62,311 nt of DNA from Candidatus Thorarchaeota archaeon (lineage in GTDB: Archaea; Asgardarchaeota; Thorarchaeia; Thorarchaeales; Thorarchaeaceae), in contig RDNZ01000014.1 in NCBI GenBank assembly GCA_011364905.1, forward strand, positions 1-62,311. Reading direction: 5' to 3'. This document shows, one piece after another, positions 9,924 through 18,590 of the stretch (positions are counted from its first letter, which is position 1; every line of letters begins with the position of its first letter). The notes under the pieces were generated by a model. The model ran no database searches and was not told the DNA's origin. It saw nothing but the letters and a program-made list of their open reading frames with translations. The position numbers and the translations under genes are program-made.

Positions 9924-11837
9924 CTAGCGGTATCGGATAAACCAAATAACAGCGATGACAATAATTAGCCCTAGTGCAATGACTGCAGTGTAAAACAGGT
10001 ATTCAGAAGCGGTTGAAGCTGTCACAGTCACTAGCACGACCGACTCAGCCATGTTACCTCCAATATCGTACACTCTCAGCGTGACATTGTGTTCTCCTTG
10101 AGCCAATCCCCCAAAGTCAAACTCGATGTTTTCAGTAGTCCAAGAACCCGTGACAACAACTGCACCATCAACAAGAATCTCATAGGATTCTTTGAAATCG
10201 TCTGTTGCAGTCCAGTTGTAGATCTTATTCTCGGCTCCCTGAGCATAGTGTATTGCAGATGGACTGTACGTAATCACCGGAGGTATAGTGTCGCCAAGAA
10301 CTGTGACTAATACACTGTTAGCTGCTGTGTTACCACTTGTGTCGTTTGCATAGAGAGTGAAGTTGTGTATGCCGATCGATAAACCATCGAGGCTGATCTG
10401 AATCACTGGCTCGTCAGGATTTATTGTACCATTCTGAACATTTGTTTCATTGTCTAGAACCCTGTACATGTTTACATAATCGTCTGTCACATTCCATGAT
10501 AGAGTATGTCCTGTCTCGCTGAAGAAAATCTCAACAGGTCCTGGACCTTCAATGACAGGAGTCACGTTTTCATAGAATCTGAGTGTGAGTATGTTTTCAG
10601 CAGTATTTGAGTTCTGATCCATTGCAACAAGTTTGATCTTATAGTACCCGATGACGAATTTTGGAAATGCTGCAGTCACATTGAAGACGTAATTATATGT
10701 CGTGTTTTCCCATGAAGATGTAGCATTCAGAGCACCGTCAATCCACACTTGAATAGAATAAGGATACTCATCATGCAAAGTCCATGCTAGAGTCACATTC
10801 TCGGTTCCAATCAGAACATCCTTGTCGCCAGGTCCGGTTATAACCGGGGCTCTCACATCTGAAGCAACATCAGTCAAATTGTATGAGTATGAACCAAGTC
10901 CGACTGGTAATCCCAGATAGGTGACCGTCCAATTAATGAATGCTATAGGAAGATCAACAAACATAACCGTCCCATTTGCAGGAGTGACTTTCGAACCGAT
11001 TATGGTGCCATTCTTGTAGGTGACCGTGATATCTGCTCCAGCTATTGGATAAAGGCTAGTTTCGTAATAGATGAAAAGTTCCATGTCCAGATAATCAGGA
11101 CTGCCGGCTATTGGGCCAATGCTCTGATGTACAAGTATCTGCGTGCCATTTGACTCTACCTGACCGCTAGCAAGAAGGTAACCACCATAGAGGGGATCGC
11201 TCAATACGGTGAGCCTCCATGTGTAGTTGTCCTGTGGAAGATTCTCAAAGTATGCATTTCCATTTGTGACCACAACTTGTGAGTACATTGAATTATCGCT
11301 AGTCCGAAGGACAGAGAAGTTGAGGTTCTGCGCAGGACGACCTTCGATGTCAGTTATTGTTGCATTGAGGTCATCATCATTGTTCTGCCAGTCAAGATTT
11401 CCAAACTGTATATTGACATTGGCTTCCGGGCCATTTGATACTATTTGACCAGTCTTCTGTGGAGTTGTAGTGTCAAGGGGATGAGACACATTCCATTGAT
11501 ATGTGCCTTGAGGAAGGTTAATGAAATATGCATTCCCATTCCCGTCGGTCTGATCTTCATCCTCTAACAGGCCGGTTGTCACATTATAGAGTCTTACCCA
11601 AGCGTTGTTCAAGAGGGTCGTTCCATTCTTTACCGTAAACTCGAAGTCATCATCATTGAATTCTAGAAGATAGTTATAGACTCTGATGGTCACAACATAA
11701 TCTGTTGAAGCTGGTACGAATGATGTATCTATGTGGGTCAATGGAACAGGATTTCTGTTGACTGCAGTTGGAGTGGCAATGCTAGCCACGAATAGAACCA
11801 GAAAGAAGAACGCAAATGCCTTGTGTATCTTGCTCAT
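9924..11837 (-). CDS. Cell-surface glycoprotein: signal peptide, repeated beta-sandwich/Ig-like domains, C-terminal TM anchor
   Basis: Repeats NAYFINLPQGTYQWNV / NAYFENLPQDNYTWRL / VMFVDLPIAFINWTV and DVRAPVITGP / ENVTPVIEGP / DTIPPVITYS; many N-x-S/T sequons; C-terminal TM followed by RYR. Confidence 0.85.
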   Translation of the reverse strand: MSKIHKAFAFFFLVLFVASIATPTAVNRNPVPLTHIDTSFVPASTDYVVTIRVYNYLLEFNDDDFEFTVKNGTTLLNNAWVRLYNVTTGLLEDEDQTDGNGNAYFINLPQGTYQWNVSHPLDTTTPQKTGQIVSNGPEANVNIQFGNLDWQNNDDDLNATITDIEGRPAQNLNFSVLRTSDNSMYSQVVVTNGNAYFENLPQDNYTWRLTVLSDPLYGGYLLASGQVESNGTQILVHQSIGPIAGSPDYLDMELFIYYETSLYPIAGADITVTYKNGTIIGSKVTPANGTVMFVDLPIAFINWTVTYLGLPVGLGSYSYNLTDVASDVRAPVITGPGDKDVLIGTENVTLAWTLHDEYPYSIQVWIDGALNATSSWENTTYNYVFNVTAAFPKFVIGYYKIKLVAMDQNSNTAENILTLRFYENVTPVIEGPGPVEIFFSETGHTLSWNVTDDYVNMYRVLDNETNVQNGTINPDEPVIQISLDGLSIGIHNFTLYANDTSGNTAANSVLVTVLGDTIPPVITYSPSAIHYAQGAENKIYNWTATDDFKESYEILVDGAVVVTGSWTTENIEFDFGGLAQGEHNVTLRVYDIGGNMAESVVLVTVTASTASEYLFYTAVIALGLIIVIAVIWFIRYR

Positions 11838-11953
11838 CCATTGTCACTCTCGACAAAACTTGAGACCGACTACGCACTAGTCATCTCGATGCTTGGCGGC
11901 GTCGAATCCTCGCCGCGCATAAAAGGGTTTTCATAGTTAAAGACAGGAACTAT

Positions 11954-12257
11954 GGTTGTAGAATAATCCGGAATAATCTATTCATAGTTCCTCCTCCAGT
12001 TTATGTGTTCTTATGGGTGTAATTGGCAATACCCATCTGCATAGCACCTTCGGATCCGATGCTGTGAACGAACTGACGACATCGATCGAAGACATCTCTC
12101 AGCTGCTGTCACGTATACATTCAGAATCTATGCCGTTCTCACAGTCTTCATCGCAATAGATTCCTTCTATCCAATCATGATTTGAGAAATTGGATTCAAA
12201 GCGATACATGATCATTCTCTGACAGAGTCTGAGATTGTTGGTTATTATTCTACAACC
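11954..12257. mobile_element. Putative MITE / IS remnant with terminal inverted repeats
   Basis: GGTTGTAGAATAAT (11954-11967) and its exact reverse complement ATTATTCTACAACC (12244-12257), with imperfect match extending inward; no long ORF; no target-site duplication seen. Confidence 0.5.
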
Positions 12258-12311
12258 TCGAAAAAACTGGAGTCAGTGTGCAAGAATGCAAAGCCGATTA
12301 GACTTATTCAT

Positions 12312-12350
12312 AAAAAAGGGAAGAGCTACGAGAGAAAGTAACTCCCCCTC
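12312..12350 (-). terminator. Stem-loop plus U-tract downstream of the 110-aa gene
   Basis: Minus strand GAGGGGGAGTTAC-tttctctc-GTAGCTCTTCCC-TTTTTT just after the stop at 12359. Confidence 0.55.
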
Positions 12351-12358
12351 AAACTATT

Positions 12359-12691
12359 TTACTCTGATGTGCTCATTCCAAGAAAAGCTAGCGCTTCTGA
12401 AACTGTATTTTGCACTTCTATTGAAAATTCGTATCCTTCGATATCGTGATACATTAGCATAGATTGTGTGGTTCGTTTCAAGGCTTCGTCCAGTTTTCCT
12501 TCTTTTACCAGTGATATACCTATTGTAGCAATTCCTAGCTCAGTGGCTTTGACTGATGCAGGTACGATTTCTTCGCTCAGTGTCTCATCTGGTGGAAATT
12601 TCTTCATCACCTCGAGATATCTCTTGGATACTTCAGGTATCTTATGGGTCGGATACCGTGAATGTGTAACGATATACGGCATTTCTCTCAT
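12359..12691 (-). CDS. Hypothetical small alpha/beta protein (start may be 12682, MPYIV)
   Basis: Globular composition, followed by a terminator-like hairpin; no family recognised. Confidence 0.75.
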   Translation of the reverse strand: MREMPYIVTHSRYPTHKIPEVSKRYLEVMKKFPPDETLSEEIVPASVKATELGIATIGISLVKEGKLDEALKRTTQSMLMYHDIEGYEFSIEVQNTVSEALAFLGMSTSE

Positions 12692-12853
12692 CTCAAACTC
12701 AATTCTATTTCATAAAGTGTTGAACTGCAAGAAGTAGTTGCGCTCTCTCATCTGAGAGAGTCATGAAGATGTATCATTGATATGACAACACTGTAGCTTA
12801 AACTATGCCCTTATCTTCAACATAAGGTTTCCGAAATTTCTTTGAAATGAAAT

Positions 12854-13684
12854 CTATACTCGCTCTTTCAACCAGTTAAAGATGTCAGCCAAGACCTCTT
12901 CGCCGCCTTCTTCTTGAAATGGTTCATGATAAAGACCTGGGTAGAACTTGATAGTCTTGTCTTCAGAGACAATGTTATTGAAGAACTCCATGTTTCGTTC
13001 AGGAATGAGAATCATGTCGTCCCCTGTTTGTTGACCGAGAACAGGCATTGTGATTTTACTTGCGAGATTGAATCCCTCTTCGCTTGCCCTTAACCCTTCG
13101 ACAGCGAATCTAGGAGTCGCTTTGTCAAATCTGAGTGGGTCTTCACGGTTTTCCTTTACTACTTCAGGATTTCTGGAGATAAGGTCAAAATCAAGGCCAT
13201 TGCTGAAATATCTCTTAGAGTTCAGTTTTGAAAGAACGGAAGCTATGGACTTAGTGGCTCCACTCATTTTTAGACGTTGTGACACTGCGGGACAAACAAG
13301 AATAATCCCATCCACTTCTTCTGGATGATTGGCGACATATCGGATCACATGTAAACCACCAAGAGAATGACCAAAGAGGAAGAGTTTGCCATCTTGGTGC
13401 AATAATCTTAGGTATGCGACGAGTGAATCCATATCGTCTATGAATTCATCGAAGCTATCCACATGACCTTTTCTTCCTGGAAAGGTACCAAAACCTCGCA
13501 TATCTGGAGCATAGAAAATATAGCCATGGGAGGTAAACTGCTCTGCCATGAAGGATAATAAGCCACTGTGTGAACCCAATCCATGAATACCGAGAACAAC
13601 AGCTTTTGGTTCACCCTCAGGTCTCCAGCTTCTCAGTAACATGGTGGTACCATCATAACCTTGGTATGTACTCTCCTCGCTCAT
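12854..13684 (-). CDS. Alpha/beta hydrolase, lysophospholipase / monoacylglycerol lipase family
   Basis: HGLGSH, DMRGFG, nucleophile elbow GHSLGG, C-terminal YHE. Confidence 0.92.
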   Translation of the reverse strand: MSEESTYQGYDGTTMLLRSWRPEGEPKAVVLGIHGLGSHSGLLSFMAEQFTSHGYIFYAPDMRGFGTFPGRKGHVDSFDEFIDDMDSLVAYLRLLHQDGKLFLFGHSLGGLHVIRYVANHPEEVDGIILVCPAVSQRLKMSGATKSIASVLSKLNSKRYFSNGLDFDLISRNPEVVKENREDPLRFDKATPRFAVEGLRASEEGFNLASKITMPVLGQQTGDDMILIPERNMEFFNNIVSEDKTIKFYPGLYHEPFQEEGGEEVLADIFNWLKERV

Positions 13685-13736
13685 TGCTAGAACCTTTCTA
13701 ATATCCTAGCAAATCCCCCTATGTGTCTTCCGAACT

Positions 13737-14549
13737 CTATGAATTTCGTTCATCCACAAATGAAAGACGTTGTAGAGGATAATCAATCACGCTCTCGAAG
13801 TTCCTGAGAAAGTCATATCCAATAATACCATTCTTGATCAGTTTCCCCCTCGGTGATACACGGGAAAGGTCCAAAACAACCACTTGGGTATTCATGATTT
13901 GTGCCGAGCCTATCGATAAGCTCTCTATTGGAGCGAGTTGCAATTGGACATCGCCACCTATCCCACGAGCTATACCTTCAACTTCCTGAGCCTTGATCCC
14001 AAGGGATTCAGCCAAATCAGGTGTTATGACACTATTCCCAGCCCCAGTATCAAGAACGAAAGTGTATGGGCCATTTCCGTTGATATGAACTGGGACTCCA
14101 ATAAGGTGGGAGTCTTCAATGTATTGGAATTTACTCCAATCGAGGTCCAAAGAGGAACTGCCTTTTTTCAGCTTGAATGTCTTCTTATTATAGCTAAGTG
14201 ACATCGTGCAATTTTTCAAGGTGGTATGTCCTAGAACTCCGCCTTGGTTTCCAACACAACGCATGATTGACTCAAGATCTAGGACATATACTTCGTCTTT
14301 CTCAAATTCAAGAGGACCAAGACTAATGGAAACATCTGCGAAATCAGTAGGAATTCCTCCTCCGATACCTCGAGCATCTGGATGGTCCTTTTTGTGCATC
14401 TTGATATTCAATTGTTCTGCAAGTTTTTTCGTAAGCGTTGTCGTAGATGCGCCAGTGTCAAGGGTGAATTCGAAGGGACCCTGACTATTGACACTGACGG
14501 GAACCTTGACAAGGTTCCCACTGGTTTCTATTTTGGCCTCGAATTCCAA
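13737..14549 (-). CDS. Retropepsin-like aspartic protease with two tandem domains
   Basis: Two LDTGA motifs, each followed by a flap RGIGG and GVLG / GIIGYDFL. Confidence 0.9.
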   Translation of the reverse strand: MEFEAKIETSGNLVKVPVSVNSQGPFEFTLDTGASTTTLTKKLAEQLNIKMHKKDHPDARGIGGGIPTDFADVSISLGPLEFEKDEVYVLDLESIMRCVGNQGGVLGHTTLKNCTMSLSYNKKTFKLKKGSSSLDLDWSKFQYIEDSHLIGVPVHINGNGPYTFVLDTGAGNSVITPDLAESLGIKAQEVEGIARGIGGDVQLQLAPIESLSIGSAQIMNTQVVVLDLSRVSPRGKLIKNGIIGYDFLRNFESVIDYPLQRLSFVDERNS

Positions 14550-14564
14550 GAAAGGTTCACTCCT

Positions 14565-15380
14565 CTACTCAGGCTTCTTGCCAGCGATATATGCGCTGTA
14601 TGCGCCATAAAGGCTCTGGCCAGCTTTACTGGTTATCTTGACATCTTGGAAGCCTGCATCTCGCATGTTCTGCAGGTATTCTTCATCAAGAATTGCTCCA
14701 CCGATGCATCCCGTATATGTCACAACTTCATCGCGAATTTCTTTTGATAGTGGTTTGGAAAGAACAATGTCTGACACCATAACACGACCACCAGGTTTCA
14801 AAACGCGAAATGCTTCGCGAAACACCTTGCCCTTGTCAGGAGCAAGATTGATGACGCAATTACTAATAACTACATCAACAGAATTATCATCCACGGGCAT
14901 GTCTTCGATATCACCAAATCGAAAGTCGACATTAGTGATGCCTAGCTCTTCAGCGTTTTTCTTCGCCTTCTCAATCATTGCGGGCGTCATATCCACGCCT
15001 ATGACTTTCCCGGTATTGCCAACTTTCTTACTTGCCACGAACATGTCGAGTCCTGCGCCACTTCCGAGATCTAAGACGACTTCTCCTTCGTTCAGACTAG
15101 CAAGAGCGACAGGATTTCCACACCCAGCAAAAGACTCGGTAGCTCCTGTTGGCATGCCTTCAGTATCATAACCTAAAGCTTGTGCGAGATTTACCCTTGT
15201 TACTTTGGTTTCTTCTCGGGGTCCGCAGCAGCTTGAGGTTGTCTGGGCTGGAGCATCACAACAACCTTGTTCTTGTTCATCCGCAGTCCAAGTCCCTTCA
15301 GCCACACGAGAGTAAGCATCTCGTACAGCCTCTTTAATTTCATCAGATTTCATTTCACTGATTTTTTTCGTTCCACTCAT
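14565..15380 (-). CDS. arsM: Arsenite S-adenosylmethionine methyltransferase
   Basis: SFAGCGNP, VLDLGSGAGLD, GVDMT, ISNCVINL, GCIGGA; N-terminal CC pairs. Confidence 0.9.
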   Translation of the reverse strand: MSGTKKISEMKSDEIKEAVRDAYSRVAEGTWTADEQEQGCCDAPAQTTSSCCGPREETKVTRVNLAQALGYDTEGMPTGATESFAGCGNPVALASLNEGEVVLDLGSGAGLDMFVASKKVGNTGKVIGVDMTPAMIEKAKKNAEELGITNVDFRFGDIEDMPVDDNSVDVVISNCVINLAPDKGKVFREAFRVLKPGGRVMVSDIVLSKPLSKEIRDEVVTYTGCIGGAILDEEYLQNMRDAGFQDVKITSKAGQSLYGAYSAYIAGKKPE

Positions 15381-15517
15381 ACAATCACCGTTCTATATGG
15401 ATTTGAATTTGAATAATCATTGGCACCACATGATAATTGACATGAGCACTCTGAGTTGGTTTTCTTCTGATATCCGCAATTTTGGAGGACTTCTTTGGCA
15501 ACTTTATCTTCAGCCAT
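15377..15517 (-). CDS. Unannotated 46-aa Cys-rich peptide upstream of arsM
   Basis: MAEDKVAKEVLQNCGYQKKTNSECSCQLSCGANDYSNSNPYRTVIV*; GGTGA RBS; ATGA overlap with the arsM start. Confidence 0.65.
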   Translation of the reverse strand: MAEDKVAKEVLQNCGYQKKTNSECSCQLSCGANDYSNSNPYRTVIV

Positions 15518-15530
15518 TCAATCACCATCT

Positions 15531-15576
15531 ATATTGGGTGTCCAATATGTTTTTGTAAATATTGGGTGTCCAATAT
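15531..15576. promoter_or_regulatory. Two identical palindromic operator boxes ATATTGG-gtgt-CCAATAT (15531-15548, 15559-15576) overlapping the minus-strand BRE/TATA
   Basis: Exact 18-bp duplication with 7-bp inverted arms; minus strand GAAAAGTTTATATT overlaps box 2. Confidence 0.8.
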
Positions 15577-15638
15577 AAACTTTTCTTTCTATGAAGGATT
15601 GTGGTTACTTGTGGGTGCAGATGAGAAAGAATTTATTA

Positions 15639-15656
15639 CTATAGGGCATCCAATAG
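15639..15656. promoter_or_regulatory. Third, degenerate operator box CTATAGG-gcat-CCAATAG between the padR TATA and its start
   Basis: 13/18 identity to boxes 1 and 2; immediately follows TTTATTA at 15632-15638. Confidence 0.65.
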
Positions 15657-15661
15657 CTGAT

Positions 15662-16033
15662 ATGTCAGATCCCTCAGAATCTAATCCATGTTGTCCACCG
15701 GATTGTTGCGATATGAGGGGACTTCTTACATTTCAGATACTCTGGGAACTGGATAAAGAGCCAATGAATGGCCAACAAATAGCTGAAAAAATCGCAGTAC
15801 GAAGAGGCACAAAACCGACGCCTGGTACTATTTATCCAGCATTAAAGGAGTTGAAAGAGAGCGGGCTCATTAAAGGTAGTCGGCAAGGAAGACAGATCAT
15901 CTACAGGCTGACATCAGCTGGTGAGAAAGGACTCGCTGACGCTTCAAGATATTTCCTTCAAGCATTTGGTGACATTGCCGAGGATGTCAAAGTCAAGGTC
16001 ATTGTCATTAAAGGCGATGACTGTGGATGTTGA
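15662..16033 (+). CDS. PadR-family transcriptional regulator with Cys-rich termini
   Basis: RGLLTFQILWEL...GQQI...PTPGTIYPALKEL...GRQIIYRLT wHTH; N-terminal CCPPDCC, C-terminal DCGC; the ORF-track extension from 15482 runs over promoter/operator DNA. Confidence 0.9.
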   Translation: MSDPSESNPCCPPDCCDMRGLLTFQILWELDKEPMNGQQIAEKIAVRRGTKPTPGTIYPALKELKESGLIKGSRQGRQIIYRLTSAGEKGLADASRYFLQAFGDIAEDVKVKVIVIKGDDCGC

Positions 16034-16135
16034 ATACAGGTAAAGTACCAAAAAATCGTTGCATTACCATCTAACTGTAGGGCAAACAACATCCTGTATG
16101 AGTGACTTTTTTAACTTGAGAGAATAACTATAGTT

Positions 16136-16708
16136 ATGTCAAAATCAAAAGACAAGTTGTCCTCCAAACAACGTGAGGAACTACTCAAAACGCTGCAAAC
16201 TCGTTTTGTTGAGAATATGAACCGCCACAAAGGTCTCGACTGGGCCAAACTAGAGGCAAAACTGAAGGCCAGTACTAAAAGTCTGTGGTCACTCAGTGAA
16301 ATGGAAAAGACTGGTGGTGAGCCTGATGTTGTCGGTTATGACAAAAAGACGGGTGAATTCATTTTCTATGACTGTTCAGCAGAAAGTCCCAAGGGCCGCA
16401 GAAATGTTTGTTACGATGGCGTAGCCCAGGAGGAGAGGGAAAAGAAAGGAGTGCATCCAAATGGCAATGTCATTGATATGGCAGCTGCCATGGGCATTGA
16501 GCCATTAACAGAAGAGCAATATCGAGGATTGCAGAAACTTGGGGAGTTCGATACGAAGACACAGAGTTGGGTGGCAACACCTTCTGATATTAGAAAACTT
16601 GGCGGCGCTATATTTTGTGATCGCCGGTACAACACGGTCTTCGTATATCATAACAGTGCACCCAGTTTCTATAGTGGCAGAGGATTTCGTGGTTCGTTAA
16701 GGATCTGA
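16136..16708 (+). CDS. DUF4256-family protein
   Basis: RFVENMNRH, MEKTGGEPDV, ESPKGRR, GGAIFCDRRY, RGFRGSLRI pattern. Confidence 0.85.
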   Translation: MSKSKDKLSSKQREELLKTLQTRFVENMNRHKGLDWAKLEAKLKASTKSLWSLSEMEKTGGEPDVVGYDKKTGEFIFYDCSAESPKGRRNVCYDGVAQEEREKKGVHPNGNVIDMAAAMGIEPLTEEQYRGLQKLGEFDTKTQSWVATPSDIRKLGGAIFCDRRYNTVFVYHNSAPSFYSGRGFRGSLRI

Positions 16709-16788
16709 TTTTTGACATCTATGTGAGTGCACTCTGCAGTTCGACCATTGCTCACATTTAAAAGGCGATTATATAGAATCCAGTTGTT

Positions 16789-16807
16789 CCTTATATACTA
16801 TATAAGG
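16789..16807. promoter_or_regulatory. Perfect inverted repeat of TATA boxes upstream of tbp
   Basis: CCTTATATA-c-TATATAAGG ending 28 bp before the tbp ATG; another TTATATA at 16769-16775. Confidence 0.55.
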
Positions 16808-16834
16808 CAAGAGAGAGAAGGCAGGTAAGAGCAG

Positions 16835-17440
16835 ATGCCACGTCCACAGCCAAAGACAAAGATAGAGAATGTTGTAGCTTCTGTGATTTTGAATCAAAGA
16901 CTAGACCTCGATGAGATAGCAGCAACGATGCCAAACGTCGAGTTTGATCCCGAACAGTTTCCGGGTCTGGTGTACCGTCTGAAGAAACCGAAGACAGCCA
17001 CACTGATCTTCAACTCGGGGAAGATGGTATGCACCGGAGCCAAGAGCGAGAAGGAAGCAAAACGAGCTGTTCACAAGATTGTAAAGAACATCAAGGAAGC
17101 TGGGATAGAGATCACCGGCAAGCCAATCATTGTTGTTCAGAACATTGTTGCAAGCGCGAGTCTCGGAGCAGAACTGAATCTTGAGCTAGCTGCAATGAAG
17201 CTTGAGAACACATTATACGAGCCGGAGCAATTCCCAGGACTCATTTACAGGATGAGAGATCCCAAAGTCGTCATTCTGTTGTTCGGTTCAGGGAAACTTG
17301 TCATCACTGGTGCGAAGTTCGAGCCACAGATTGATGAAGCAGCTGAGAAAGTGATGGACCGTCTCCTTGAGCTTGGTGTCATGAGAATCCCAGAGGGCGA
17401 GGATTGGGGTCTCGAAGACTACGAAGAGGAAGAATGGTAA
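16835..17440 (+). CDS. tbp: TATA-box-binding protein
   Basis: Two repeats (IENVVAS...PEQFPGLVYR...LIFNSGKMVCTGAKS; QNIVAS...PEQFPGLIYR...LFGSGKLVITGAK) and an acidic tail. Confidence 0.98.
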   Translation: MPRPQPKTKIENVVASVILNQRLDLDEIAATMPNVEFDPEQFPGLVYRLKKPKTATLIFNSGKMVCTGAKSEKEAKRAVHKIVKNIKEAGIEITGKPIIVVQNIVASASLGAELNLELAAMKLENTLYEPEQFPGLIYRMRDPKVVILLFGSGKLVITGAKFEPQIDEAAEKVMDRLLELGVMRIPEGEDWGLEDYEEEEW

Positions 17441-17448
17441 TAGATCCC

Positions 17449-17493
17449 TGGTTCCCTAGGTAGCAGCCTCAGGGAGCCAATTACTCTTTTTTT
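17449..17493 (+). terminator. Stem-loop and T-tract after tbp
   Basis: GGTTCCCT...AGGGAGCC followed by CTCTTTTTTT. Confidence 0.55.
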
Positions 17494-17735
17494 CATGGAT
17501 AGTAATCACTGCATTTTCTTGTGCCCGTGTGATGGTGATCCCAGATGGTGGGGATTGGGGTATCAAGGATTATTAAGAAGAAGACTGGTAGTTCATCTAT
17601 TGTTAACTTTATTTCACTGAAACATCCTTTTTTCCATATAATATATTAGAATATCAATTAATAATAGTATTATTATAATCGTCCAAAGAGTTTTATATAA
17701 AATCGATTATATGTTACGGAAAATGTGGAGGAGAG

Positions 17736-18572
17736 ATGTTGAATAAGAATATAGTGACGATTCTAATCGTCTTTTGTCTGGGACTGACCCCACTGTCTTT
17801 AGACTCGTCAGTCGTAATTAGCCAAGATGGAGGGTGGTCAGACAATTTCAATGATGGAAATATCGATGGATGGACAGTGCAGGGATGGAATATGACAAAC
17901 GATCCCCCTACTGTACTCCCCGGCAATTTCACGGCAGATGATTTCACACTTCGAGCTTATGATAAAGAAACAAACCATGCATATCACAATAGTACAGTCG
18001 CGTACGGAACATGGGTTTTTGATGTGCATTCAGTACCAACCCCCAATAATCACAGCTATATTGCCTTTGTATCTGGTCCTGCAGTTACGATTGGTGGTGT
18101 AGACTGGGAAACCACGGTACCATATGAATACGGTCTGGCAGTCGTGAATGGTATGCTAGGACAACTACACAATACCTTCGTTTTTTATCGACGGAGTCAA
18201 GGAGGCAGCACACTGGATATACTTGGGACATATGATGTTGGAGTTATGACAGGGTGGCATCATATCGAGATTACTAGAGACTTTGAAGGAAATTTCGAGA
18301 TTTATATCAATGACACTCTAGGAATCACAGCAGCTGATACCAACTATGCGACCTCAGAGATTTTCTCGTTCTATACCCTACCAGGACTAGCTCTTGACAA
18401 CATTGCAGTTACACCACTTCCACCAGAAACAACAACACCGACCGTCCCAACTACAACACCTTCAACGACTCCAACAGGTGGCGGACCAATCAATATGACA
18501 TTACTCTTGATTGCGGGAGGAGGAATTGCAGTGGTAGTGATTGTGGCACTTGTGGTCACATCTAGGAGATAG
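17736..18572 (+). CDS. Membrane-anchored extracellular protein, probable ConA/LamG-like beta-sandwich
   Basis: Signal peptide, WSDNFNDGNIDGW, GWHHIEITRD...FEIYIND, Thr/Pro linker, C-terminal TM followed by RR. Confidence 0.8.
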   Translation: MLNKNIVTILIVFCLGLTPLSLDSSVVISQDGGWSDNFNDGNIDGWTVQGWNMTNDPPTVLPGNFTADDFTLRAYDKETNHAYHNSTVAYGTWVFDVHSVPTPNNHSYIAFVSGPAVTIGGVDWETTVPYEYGLAVVNGMLGQLHNTFVFYRRSQGGSTLDILGTYDVGVMTGWHHIEITRDFEGNFEIYINDTLGITAADTNYATSEIFSFYTLPGLALDNIAVTPLPPETTTPTVPTTTPSTTPTGGGPINMTLLLIAGGGIAVVVIVALVVTSRR

Positions 18573-18590
18573 ATTTGTCAGGATTGGAAA

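Noticed and set aside
11982-12215. Minus-strand frame with an in-frame TGA (possible selenoprotein), and a plus-strand 48-aa ORF with THLHSTFGSD (PHP-like)
   Set aside because: Short, no family support or SECIS; both lie within the inverted-repeat element, better explained as decayed mobile DNA
15482-15661. N-terminal extension of PadR in the ORF track (IGCPICFCKYW)
   Set aside because: It translates the operator palindromes and promoters; ATG 15662 fits the TATA position
16019-16104. PadR ending in CGC-TGA as a possible selenocysteine readthrough
   Set aside because: No SECIS-like structure recognised downstream and the extension looks non-coding; homolog alignment would be needed
17630-17715. 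AT-rich stretch with palindromes TAATAATA-G-TATTATTA and TTTTATATAAAA (possible origin or operator)
   Set aside because: Such palindromes arise easily in AT-rich promoter DNA; no ORB-like repeats or cdc6/orc1 gene nearby
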